From contig NIVC01000247.1 of assembly GCA_002269645.1 (NCBI GenBank), positions 124,001 through 188,000 of the forward strand: 64,000 bases of DNA. Direction: 5' to 3'. Positions 11,601 through 22,882 of the stretch are shown here, piece after piece; the stretch's first letter is position 1; each line of letters opens with the position of its first letter. Both the position numbers and the translations under genes were made by a program. This DNA comes from Macrostomum lignano. Lineage: Eukaryota. The notes beneath the pieces are model-generated. The model was not told the DNA's origin and did no database searches. It worked only from the letters and a program-made list of their open reading frames with translations.

Positions 11601-12924
11601 TCACCTTGGAAGATTTTGAATCCAAGGGCCTGAAACAAGTCGCGGCCCAAGATGTTCGCTCCTTTGTCGGCGACGTAGAATGTGGCTTCTGTCCTGATGC
11701 CGTTGAACATCACTGGAAGCTCGACCTTGCCGATGGTCTTGATCGCAGATCCGCCGTATGCCTCCAGTTTTGTGCTCGTCGGAAGCAGCGGGTGCCTAGC
11801 GAAGGACTTCTTGAACGTCTCCATGTTGAGCAACGAAACGGCAGCACCGCAGTCGATTTGCAGTCGAATCAGCTGTCCGCCCAGACGGCATTCGCAGAAT
11901 AAGCTGTCTGTGCTCTTGTTGTTCACGGCCAGGACCGTCAGACTGGACTCTGCAGGCTCTTTGGTGTCGATCGCAGAGACCGCTTTCATGCGGCACATTT
12001 TCGCGAAATGGTTCGTTTTGCCGCATCGTCTGCATTTCTGGCCCATCGCCTTGCATTCGCCCTTGTGTCCGTGGTTGCCTCCGCATCGAGTGCACTTTGG
12101 ACCTGCTGCTGCGGTCTTCTCATGGCGAGCAGCTGGCTTCGGCTTCTTGCTCAGCGCCTTCACATGGAGCTCTGGGCCGCTGACCTGCTTGGCATCTCTG
12201 ATGGCTGCTTCGATTCGCTCAGCCTTCTTGATGGCGTCATCTAGCGTCAGATCATCCTCCTCCATCAGGAGTCTTTCCCTAATGCGAGGTACGCAGGTTT
12301 TCTCCACAAGTTGGTCTCGAATTATTTCGTCGTGAAAGGTGCCAAATTTGCAGTTTGTTGCCAGTTCTCTCAGGGCCATCACGTAGTCTCCGATGCTCTC
12401 GCCGTCATGCTGGGCTCGCTGCCGAAAGGCAAAGCGCTCTGCTATGACGCTTCTCGACGAGCTGAAAATCGCCTTCAGTGCCGTTTTGGTCTCCTGAAGC
12501 GACTTGCTTGCATCGACGTTTGCAGCTCGGCAGCGTCCTTCCTCACCAAGCAGATGCAGGAGGATCGCCTTTTTCCGACTCTCTGATGCCTCTTCGAGAG
12601 CTCCAGCTACTAGGAAGTTCTCAAATGACTTGATCCACCTTGCCCATGGCACAGGAGGTTCGCCTGGTACTGGTTGAAACTCCGCTGGGTACGGGAGTCC
12701 GCTCGTCGCCATTTGTTGTGTTCTAGTTGATTGATTAAATTCAATTCAGTTGGAGACACGAGTCTCGCTCAATATATTTATACTCATGTGCACGTTGAAA
12801 ACAGTGTTACGCAATTGAAACAACGATACCATGATTAAACGCACGATGCATATAAGGTAATTGAACAATTCTACCCTCAAAGTTAGTTAGTTACAACACC
12901 TAGGCCTGATGCACAGTCACTACA
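8601..12924 (-). mobile_element. Ty3/Gypsy LTR retrotransposon, near full length (4324 bp)
   Basis: LTRs 12714-12924 (211 bp) and 8601-8813 (213 bp) with TG...CA ends, differing by one 2-nt indel and one substitution. 5-bp TSD GATAA (8596-8600, 12925-12929). PBS TGGCGACGAG 12711-12702; PPT 8827-8814. Confidence 0.95.
9010..12712 (-). CDS. Gag-PR-RT-RNaseH-IN polyprotein with a 1-nt frameshift at ~10020-10023
   Basis: Gag CCHC knuckles; protease LQIDCGA; RT LDLRQGY and IVDDILV; RNase H CDAS...EREAL...TDH; integrase GHPG..CTAC, DIFG, SDN, VERFN in ORF 9010-9846. An extra base in the C4 run breaks the RH-IN linker; TAA 9010-9012 cuts the IN tail. Confidence 0.9.
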
Positions 12925-13439
12925 GATAAAAGTATAGTACTTGCATCATCAGATAAAAGTATTGGTGACCAAATAATCTATTATATTTTTAATAAATTGG
13001 TACTTCAAAGTTACTGAATTGACAGAAAAAAATATGTTAGGACCATAATATTACGACCATAAGGCTGCCTTTTCTTTTGTATCTTTGTTGCCTTTTTGAG
13101 TTTATATATTCTACAAAAAGAGTATGATTACTAAAGATGTTCTGAGTCAAATTTTAAAAAATGTATTGCAAAATATCAAAAATAAAAATGTTATAAGACT
13201 TTTACCTTTTAGTTTCTATATGTCAAAAATCCTGTTGTTACGACCATAAGTGCCATTCAAGGTTTAATAGCATCTATACTAATGATGATATCTACATGAA
13301 ACTCTATAAAAATATTTTTGACAAAATTATCTTTCATTTAAAATATTGGTTTAGTATATTCTATTATTATATTTCATTTTATAAGTAAAAATAGCCTGTC
13401 ATGTTACGACCATTCTTATATGGAATGAGCCTATAAGTA

Positions 13440-14400
13440 ATTCACCTTATGAGCCTTTAATCTTAGCGATTCCACCAGAAATCCTTTATGGCTGATACGA
13501 CAATTGTTCTGTAATTGAACCCAAACCCTAACCATAACCCTTAACCTGCAGTCAAGTCACAGCATTTCAGCAATTCCCTCTCAGCCCAAGAATTTCAGCA
13601 ATTCCACCATGAGCTTTTGAAATCTAAAACTTTCCCCAATCAGCCTTAAAATTTAGCTACTAACCTATCTTGGCAATTCTACATAAGTCTTATGTTTAAA
13701 ACTAACCCTAGCCCTGCCAAGTCACAGCATTTCAGCAAGTCCCACTATGAACCATAGTATGTCAACAATTACCCTACACAATTCTTGAATTTCAGCTATT
13801 CTCTTATGAGCCTTTGACATCTCAGCCAGTCTTATAAGAAACCTAGCATCTTAGCAATACCCAAAGAGCCACAGTCCACAGCATTACAAGGATCCCCCGT
13901 GAGCGTTGACATTTCAGTGATTCTATAATGAGCCTTGATATCTCAGAAATATCTCAGAAACTCCTAATTGAGCCACAAAATTTAGGCAATATCCCCAAGT
14001 CTTGCAATCACTGCAATTACCCCCGAGCCTTGAGCCAAAGTATAATCCAGATATCCCCCCATTAGCTGTGACATTCCTTGATGAGTCTTTAATGTTTGAC
14101 AGGCCAATTCATTTATAGTTTAACCCTTACCTTACCCTAACAATCTCAGCCATTCCCCAACAGCCACAGCATTCCAGTAATTATCCCCATGAGCTTTGAC
14201 AGCAAAGCAATTTTCCAATGAGCCTTTATAACTCAGCAATTTCACAAATGAAACTTGAAATCAAAGCAATTCTCCCCAGAATCACATCATTATATAGCAA
14301 TTCTCCCGTAAGCCTTGAGATCTTAGAAATTCTCCCATGAGTCTTGACATCAAAGCAATTTCCCATACCAGCCCTGACATCTTAGCAATTCCCATTGAGT
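13440..14400. repeat. Old degenerate ~30-bp tandem repeat (CAGCAATTCCC...GAGCCTTGACAT)
   Basis: Same motif family as 7750-8290, more diverged. Confidence 0.6.
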
Positions 14401-15656
14401 CTTTTATGCTCGACAGACCGCTTCTTTTATGGTAGATAGGGTGATTCTTTTTTCGCTTTTACTTGTGTTGAGTTTTCTTCTGTTCAAAGTAGAATTTATT
14501 TAAAAAAATTACTGTGGTTCACCATCACTTTAGCAATGGTTCAACAGCAGTTTAGTAATAGTTCACTAGCACTGTTTCACAAAATCTGCAAGCAGATGGC
14601 CACTGATCTTCATATGCTTCTCAATAATCGAAACCATTTGAAATGTTTGCAACTTGCAGTTTAAATTTGATTTGCAATCCTCTTACATATTTATTACTTT
14701 ATTATATGTCAGATTAGCACTGCTCACCCGGATTAGCAATACCCTCTTTAAATAGCACTTACAGCAGATTAGCACTGCTCTAGAAGACTAACGCAGTCCC
14801 CAGCAACAAAAGTATCTAAATTTAAATGTTCCAACATCTTCATGAATCTGCATAGGATACAATCATTATTGTCACAGGTCACAAAGATAAATTCTTTGCT
14901 TCAATGCAGACTTGAACTGCTGACATTCTGCTTAACTTCTGCCTGATACTGCCTGCCTACTGCGGCTATTGTGCCTATTGACAGGTGGTCGAAAGAATCT
15001 AGTTATTAACTTTAGCAGTTTAAACCTAACCCCCAGAAATCGACATTTATCCCCACAACAACCTGAAATTATCCCTTCATCTAATCTTGCACAATAGACT
15101 GCAGTCATTCCTTAGTAGCCGGCATTCATCATCCACTTTTCATTCTACAACTTTTATCAAAATGAAGCATGTATACCCTCAGCAACATAGAATTGTCCCC
15201 TTAGCAAAAATATTTCACTTAGCAGCCCGCAGTAATCCCCTCAACAACTTGTACTTAATTTCCACAGTTAATATCCACTCAAAACTCAATAGTTAGTTAT
15301 CAGCCTCAGAAGTCTGCCATTTTCTCCCAGTTAGTCCGCAGTTTTCCCTCTCAGCAGTCTGCTGCTATATGCTCGTAAGCAATACCTTCAGCAGTTTCTT
15401 TTTCAGAACCGTCTGCAGTTTAGCAATTTCATAATTTCATGGAACTATGCCATATACCCATTGATGGGATCAGTGCGCTCATAATACATGTACTCAAAGC
15501 AGTTTTTACAAATCAAATTTGCTTAGTGACTTGTGCCAAATAGCAGAAATAGTTCATTAAGTTATAACTAACCAATCCGCCTTGTTAATTAAGCATAAAA
15601 GTTCCAATTAGTCGAAGCACAAGCTAAAATAAAATAATTAGTTCAATTTTAATTGT

Positions 15657-15745
15657 CCGCTGTGAGGCAGACTCGAACCTAGGACCTTACGCTTATCCTA
15701 AACCTGTTCCTAGTGTCTACAGTGCGGCTACTCCGCCTATTGATT
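15657..15745 (-). mobile_element. Possible tRNA-derived SINE head (degenerate)
   Basis: B-box-like GGTTCGAGTC (plus-strand 15670-15679) with a weak A-box-like TAGCCGCACTG about 50 nt upstream; no clean cloverleaf. Confidence 0.35.
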
Positions 15746-16119
15746 GGAGGGTGACAAAATCAGCCATATATGCTTTGGCACTGCAGTGAAATACACAGCA
15801 GTTATAGGCTGCTCAGTGCACGGGTTGCATGCAGGCAGAGCCAATGCGCAGTTAAGTGAAATCTATAAATTAGATTTAAGTCTGGAGGAACTACTTTACA
15901 GTCTGCAGTTTGTCCCCTTTGCAGACTTCAATGATCCCTTTGACAATCTGCAGTTCCCCTCAGCAATCTGCAGTCATTCCATTTGCAGTCTACAACTGTT
16001 TCATTAACAATTCTCACTTATCCCCTCAGCACTCTCTGCAGTTCTTCCTTTAGCATTGAAGCAGATTCAAGAAATTTTAACTGTCTTCTTTCCAGACAAT
16101 TTTGCATCTTTTGGCAAAA

Positions 16120-16350
16120 ACGCAATCAAAATCGGTCAAGAATTGTAATCTCTAGAGCGTTATGGACATTCAAGCATACAAACAAATATGAGAGATTTAG
16201 TATATTTGGATGGATTGAATAGATTAGATAGAAGATTAGAAGATTAGATAGATTAGATTTTGAATCTTTAAGCGAAAATGCTATCAAAATCGGTCAAGAA
16301 TTGCAATCTCTAGGGCGTTATTGACATACACACCTTAGAGACTTAGTATA
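16120..16350 (+). repeat. Two direct copies of CAAAATCGGTCAAGAATTG(T/C)AATCTCTAG...TTAGTATATTT, followed by GATA-type simple repeat to ~16520; resembles non-autonomous Helitron/Helentron ends
   Basis: Copies at ~16126-16210 and ~16285-16350; the family assignment rests on resemblance only. Confidence 0.35.
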
Positions 16351-16991
16351 TTTAGATATATTTGAAAGATAGAAGATAGATAGATAGAAGATTAGATTAG
16401 AAGAAGAAAGATAGATTAGATAGATAGAAGATAGATACATAGAAGAAAGATTAGATAGAGATTTAGTATATTAGAAGATTAAGATGTATGGATGGATGGA
16501 TGGAATGGAGGATAGATAGAGTAAAGAAATGCAAAATTATTTTGAAAATATTACCATTGAAAGATAAATAATTGCTTAAAAGTTATAAAAAGTCATCCAG
16601 GAGTAAATTTATGCTTTACTTTCTATTAACTCAAGTATGAATAAACTAAATAGAAATCCTATTCTTTAGTCTATTTAGAATATTTAGAATTCAAAATGCA
16701 CCTCTAATTTATATAGTAATGGATGTGCACTTTATGGCTCAGAGATTGCAGAAGCTACCTAGAGTCATTTCAGAGTCGCAGACATGCTTTATGTCTTTAA
16801 AATGCTTTAAAGAATGCTTTAAAATGACTCTTATGCAACTCTCTTTAATGACTTTTAGAGTCACAACTATTATAGTATTATTAGTCACTAAGTTATGATG
16901 CATTGATAGTTAAAATTTTTATTGTACATATTTTTCAATATATTTAACTTCACTTTCAGCACTAGCCACAGCACCAGAATCCCCAGTTACC

Positions 16992-18660
16992 ATGGCAACC
17001 ACCAAGTTGATTAGATCTGCCCGCAACGATGCTCATCGCAAGGGCCCAGGCTCCGCCCCTGACAAGCCCACAGATCTGGAGTTGCAAGTGGCCCAGACTC
17101 TGATGGATTTGCAGCAGAATTCCGATCTGAAGAGCATGCTCCGCGAACTGCATATCACTGGTGAGCTCTGCAGTGCTTAAGTATTGTATTCTGCCAGTAG
17201 TGTTGAATGCCCAATCCGCCCCCTAGAATCATCAATCCGCCCCTCCCCCTAGAATCGCCCAATCCGCCCCCTTGAATTCCTCAATCCGCCCCCTAGAATC
17301 ATCAATCTGCCCCTCCCCCTAGAATCGCCCAATCCGCCTCCTAGAATTGCCAAATTAGCCCCCTAAAATCGCCCAATCCACCCTTAAAATTGGTCAATGC
17401 GCCCCCTAGAATCGCTCAATCCGCTCCCTAAGTATCGCCCGATCCGCCCTCTTGAATTCCTCAATCCGCCCCCTAGATTTTCTCAATCCCCCTTGAATTA
17501 CTCAATCCGTCCCCTAGATTTTCTCAATCCGCCCCCTAGATTTTCTCAATCCCCCTTGAATTCCTCAATCCGCCCCCTAGATTTTCTCAATCCCCCTTGA
17601 ATTACTCAATCCGTCCCCTAGATTTTCTCAATCCGCCCCCTAGATTTTCTCAATCCCCTTGAATTCCTCAATCCGCCCCCTAGATTTTCTCAATCCCCCT
17701 TGAATTACTCAATCCGTCCCCTAGATTTTCTCAATCCGCCCCCTAGATTTTCTCAATCCCCCTTGAATTCCTCAATCCGCCCCCTAGATTTTCTCAATCC
17801 CCCCTTGAATTTCACAATCTGCTCCCTAGAATCTGCCCAATCCGCCTCGTAGAATTGCCCAATCCGCCCCCCTAGAATCGCCCAATCCGCCCTCTAGAAT
17901 CGCCCAATCCGCCCTCTAGAATCGCCCGATCCGCCCTCTAGAATCGCCCAATCCGCCCCTCTAGAATCGCCCAATCCGCCCCTCTAGAATCGCCCAATCC
18001 GCCCCTCTAGAATCGCCCAATCCGCCCCCTAGAATCGCCCAAATTGCCCCAGATCCTCTCCATAGTGAGAGCTTAAGCCAACCTCGTCCCGCCGAACTGC
18101 GCAGGCGCCAAGGAGGTGGAGGTGTCGGGCGGCAAGAAGTGCATCATCCTGCTGGTGCCGGTGCCGCAGCTGCGCGCCTACCAGAAGATCCACGTGCGGC
18201 TGGTGCGCGAGTTGGAGAAGAAGTACTCCGGCAAGCACGTCGTCATCGTTGCCGAACGCCGCATCCTGCCCAAAGAGTCGCCGAAATCGAAGATCCACCA
18301 GAAGCAGAAGCGGCCGCGCTCGCGCACCCTGACCGCCGTGCACGACGCCGTGCTGAACGATCTGGTCTTCCCGGCCGAGATTGTCGGCAAGCGGACCCGG
18401 GTTCGCGTCGACGGATCCCAGCTGATGAAGGTGAGCGGCTGCCTGGTTGCTTGGTTAGTCGCAGTGTCTACTCACAGTAGCCAGTAAAGTAAGTAGTATT
18501 CGTTACTTAATATTTTATGGATATTAAAATATTGTTCCAGGTGCACCTGGACCGGGCCAACCAGACAGCTGTGGATCACAAGTTGGACACCTTCGTGTCT
18601 GTCTATCGCAGCCTCACTGGGAAGCAGGTGATCTTTGAATTCCCAGACTACACCATGTGA
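16992..18660 (+). CDS. RPS7: 40S ribosomal protein S7 (eS7), 204 aa; exons 16992-17160, 18105-18430, 18541-18660
   Basis: [86 protein letters not shown]; GT-AG introns in consistent phase. Confidence 0.97.
17205..18045. repeat. C-rich minisatellite (~23-bp CTAGAATCGCCCAATCCGCCCCT and variants) in RPS7 intron 1
   Basis: Tandem units visible throughout the intron. Confidence 0.9.
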
Positions 18661-18939
18661 GCTGGAGTGGCGTTTAGCAAACTGTCTTGTTCGTGACCAT
18701 AGCCTGTCGCAGTCTGAGAGAGAGACGCACTGAAAATAGTGATTGAAATAATTAAAGGCGTCAAATAAAAAATGAATAATTAATTCGCTCTGAACAACCC
18801 CCGATCGGTTCAGTTTGACTGGTGCAACGTCAGATTGTTGAGACGTTTCTGGATGAAAAATATTGCTTTCGTTAATGCAAATTTTGTCTTTGATTTTTTT
18901 AAACACTGCGCTGCTGTGTATGCGTCAGTTAAAGATGCA

Positions 18940-20385
18940 GCAGATAGAATAGAACAGCCACGATGGGATAGAATGGGTAGAACAGCTGATAGAATGGATA
19001 GAACAGCTGATAGAATGGATAGAACAGCTGATAGAATGGATAGAACAGCTGATAGAATGGATAGAACAGCTGATAAAATGGATAGAATGGGTAGAACAGC
19101 TGATAGAATGGGTTGAACAGCTGATAGAATATATTGAACAGCTGATAGAATGGATAGAACAGCCATGATGGGATAGAATGGGTTGAACAGCTGATAGAAT
19201 GGATTGAACAGCTGATTGAATGGATAGAATGGATTGAACAGCTGATTGAATGGATAGAATGGATTGAACAGCTGATAGAATGGATTGAACAGCTGATAGA
19301 ATGGATAGAACAGCTGATAAAATGGATAGAATGGGTAGAACAGCTGATAGAATGGGTTGAACAGCTGATAGAATATATTGAACAGCTGATAGAATGGATA
19401 GAACAGCCATGATGGGATAGAATGGGTTGAACAGCTGATAGAATGGATTGAACAGCTGATTGAATGGATAGAATGGATTGAACAGCTGATTGAATGGATA
19501 GAATGGATTGAACAGCTGATAGAATGGGTTGAACAGCTGATAGAATGGATTGAACAGCTGATAGAATGGATTGAACAGCTGATAGAATGGATAGAACAGC
19601 CACGATGGGATAGAATTGATAGAACAGCTGATAGAATGGATAGAATGGGTAGAACAGCTGATAGAATGGATAGAATGGGTAGAACAGCTGATAGAATGGA
19701 TAGAATTGATTGAACAGCTGATAGAATGGATAGAATTGATTGAACAGCTGATAGAATGGATAGAATTGATTGAACAGCTGATAGAATGGATAGAATTGAT
19801 TGAACAGCTGATAGAATGGATAGAACAGCTGATAGAATGGATAGAACAGCTGATAGAATGGATAGAACAGCTGATAGAATGGATAGAATTGATTGAACAG
19901 CTGATAGAATGGATAGAATTGATTGAACAGCTGATGGAATGGATAGAATGGATTGAACAGCTGATAGAATGGATAGAATGGATTGAACAGCTGATAGAAT
20001 GGATAGAACAGCTGATAGAATGGATAGAACAGCTGATAGAATGGATAGAATTGATTGAACAGCTGATAGAATGGATAGAATTGATTGAACAGCTGATAGA
20101 ATGGATAGAACAGCCATGATGGGATAGAATGGATTGAACAGCTGATAGAATGGATAGAACATCTGATAAAATGGATAGAACAGTCATGATGGGATAGAAT
20201 GGATAGAACAGCCATGATGGGATAGAATGGATAGAACAGCCATGATGGGATAGAATGGATAGAACAGCCATGATGGGATAGAATGGATAGAACAGCCATG
20301 ATGGGATAGAATGGATAGAACAGCCATGATGGGATAGAATGGATAGAACAGCCATGATGGGATAGAATGGATAGAACAGTCATGA
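18940..20385. repeat. 21-bp minisatellite GATAGAATGGATAGAACAGCT with higher-order blocks
   Basis: Tandem units; a ~246-bp block is repeated at ~19081 and ~19327. Confidence 0.95.
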
Positions 20386-20739
20386 ATGTCAGGTGAGATA
20401 GAATAAGTTACCGTCATGCAAGGCGAAGGCGCACCTGCGCATCTCAAGGATACTGTAATCTCTGTTGAGAAGAAAATCTGTGCCATCGGAGCTGCAGGAG
20501 GCGCGGGTAGGGCAGGAGCTGCATGTCTTCAGCCCACTGTGTGGAGCGGTCTCAAGTTTCAGTTTTTCTTTGTCTTGCCAGCCTCGAATTCTTCATCAAC
20601 TTTTGACGAAAGAAGAAATAATTTGGCTCTCCGCACCTGCGTCTAAATAATTGCTTTTGCACAAATCCAGTTGGGATTTCTATACAATTGGGGAGAAAAT
20701 CGTTGGATATAGCTTGCGCGCGGCGTGGAGAAATCATGA

Positions 20740-20953
20740 TGGTAGTTCTGAGGGGGAATTGTGCAACTCTTATCTTGGTAGTTCTCAGGGGGGAATTGTG
20801 CAACTCTGATCTTGGTAGTTCTCAGGGGGAATTGTGCAACTCTGATCTTGGTAGTTCTCAGGGGGGAATTGTGCAACTCTGATCTTGGTGTTCTCAGATG
20901 GGAATTGTGCAACTCTGATCTTGGTAGTTCTCAGGGGGGAATTGTGCAACTCT
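20740..20953. repeat. 37-38-bp tandem repeat GGTAGTTCTCAGGGGGGAATTGTGCAACTCTGATCTT (~5.5 copies)
   Basis: Direct tandem copies. Confidence 0.9.
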
Positions 20954-21070
20954 GCTTCTCTAGTCTGTAAAGGTCTGCTAACATATAAGCTTTGAGAAAT
21001 AAGGTCACCTTCTCACTAAGCTGGATTTGATAATTGCTCTAATAGGTCATTATAGGCGCGGCAGCTCGCT

Positions 21071-21078
21071 TATAAAAG
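21071..21078 (+). promoter_or_regulatory. TATA box candidate TATAAAAG upstream of the Lin-28-like remnant
   Basis: Consensus TATAAAAG in a GC-richer context ~210 nt before the first CSD remnant. Confidence 0.3.
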
Positions 21079-21358
21079 GCGGCCTGGTTTTCTCTTTCAG
21101 AGGAAAAGCCACTAGCCGGTTTGCTTTTTTGCGTCTTAGTTTTGATCTGTTGTTAGCGGCGAAGCATTAAAGTGACTTTCGGAAGGTGCTCTGCATGTAC
21201 CATAACTGAACTTCAGTTCCACGCACTCGAATCTTTGCAGACGTTTTTTTAACTTTCGGCGCAAATATTGAATTCAGAAATTGGGCAGGTGGTTCGATGC
21301 CGATTGAGGCTTTGGCTTCATCCGACGGATGTCGGAATGGTCTTCGTGTATCACAACA

Positions 21359-22092
21359 GTGACAGAGAAAAGAAGAAAGTGACGCAGAACAGGAGAGTGA
21401 CAGAGAAAAGAAGAAAGTGACGCAGAACAGGAGAGTGACAGAGAAAAGAAGAAAGTGACGCAGAACAGGAGAGTGACAGATAAAAGAAGAAAGTGACGCA
21501 GAACAGGAGAGTGACAGAGAAAAGAAGAAAGTGACGCAGAACAGGAGAGTGACAGAGAAAAGAAGAAAGTGACAGAGAACAGGAGAGTGACAAAGAAAAG
21601 AAGAAAGTGACGCAGAACAGGAGAGTGACAGAGAAAAGAAGAAAGTGACGCAGAACAGGAGAGTGACAGAGAAAAGAAGAAAATGACAGAGAACAGAAGG
21701 AGAGTGACAGACAGAGAGAACAGTGAAGAGTGACAGACAACAGGAATAGTGACAGGGAAAAAGTGACAAACTACAGAAGTAGCGACAGGAAAAGAGTGAC
21801 AAACTACAGAAATAGTGACAGGAAAAGAGTGACAAACTACAGAACTAGCGACAGGGAAAGAGTGACAGAAATCAGGAATAGTGACAGGGAACGAGTGACA
21901 GACAACAGGAATAGTGAAATGGAAAGAGTGACAGACAACAGGAATAGTGACAGGAAAAGAGTGACAAACTACAGAAATAGTGACAGGGAAAGAGTGACAG
22001 ACAACAGGAATAGTGACGGAAAGAGTGACAGACAACAGGAATAGTGACGGAAAGAGTGACAGACAACAGGAATAGTGACGGAAAGAGTGACA
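21359..22092. repeat. Two adjacent purine-rich minisatellites: 38-bp (21359-21720) and 33-bp (21727-22092), both built on GTGACA
   Basis: Units GTGACAGAGAAAAGAAGAAAGTGACGCAGAACAGGAGA and GTGACAGACAACAGGAATAGTGACAGGAAAAGA. Confidence 0.9.
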
Positions 22093-22882
22093 ATTTTTTG
22101 AATAAACTACATGTAGGTTCTGACCTCTGTCTTGACATCTCAGCTATTCGCCAACCATCGACCTTATCTAACCCCAATCCTCGCCCTTATCTAACCCCAA
22201 TCCTCACTCTTATCTAACCAATCCCAATCCTCGCCCTTATCTAACCCCAATCCTCGCCCCCAGTGCCTTAACCCCAGTACCGATTTTTGGTTGCTATGGG
22301 GTACCTTGAGCAAGGGTTTGGTTGCTATTGGATTTTCTTTGAGTAGGTTTGGTAGCTATGGGGTTTCCTTGAGTAAGTTTGGTTGCTATATCGTGTCTCT
22401 ACGATGTTTTATTTTGAGTTTTATTTGGAGAGAATAACATTAGGAACCTCGGTTCGCCATATGGTTGTGTTTAAACAGCATAAAATGTTGAAACGGCTCC
22501 ACATAGAATGAAATGAATTTGAAAATACGACTCAACTGACGGATCGACACTTCCGCTAGTCCGTGATTAAGTTTTAAAGAGGGTAATAATTTATCCCATT
22601 AATTTATGTTGTGCTTTTCCCAAATCCCTCATCAAGTCCGCCATCTGCATGCCGGGATTTTGGCACCTCTGCGCTGAAGAGCTGGTGAAGTTCGAGACCT
22701 GGCAGCCGAGAAGGGCCTGGAGGCGCGGCGGTCACCGTGACCGACGGGGCGCCGTGCCGCGGTGGCGGTGGCGCGGGCTCACGTCATCAGCTCAAGAGCT
22801 CTGCGACCGCTGCTGGCAAACAGAGGGGAGAGGAAGAGAGAGTGAGAGAGAAGACTGTAAGGAGAAAAATGATAGAGGCAGG

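Noticed and set aside
9081-12586. Numerous overlapping and antisense ORFs within the Gypsy element (also 23103-24631 and 59522-60298)
   Set aside because: Shadow ORFs of GC-rich coding sequence on the opposite strand or in alternative frames.
15657-15745. Functional tRNA gene
   Set aside because: B box present, but acceptor and anticodon stems do not form; kept only as a possible SINE head.
18810-20486. 400-480-aa ORFs (SILSAV, FYPFYQL, IHSISCS repeats)
   Set aside because: Open in several frames only because the 21-bp repeat lacks stops; non-coding satellite.
20400-20650. GC-rich exon-like segment bounded by AG/GT on the minus strand
   Set aside because: All frames contain stops and I recognise no protein motif.
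22170-22275. Telomere-like CTAACCC motifs
   Set aside because: Part of a short ~24-bp local repeat, not (TTAGGG)n arrays.
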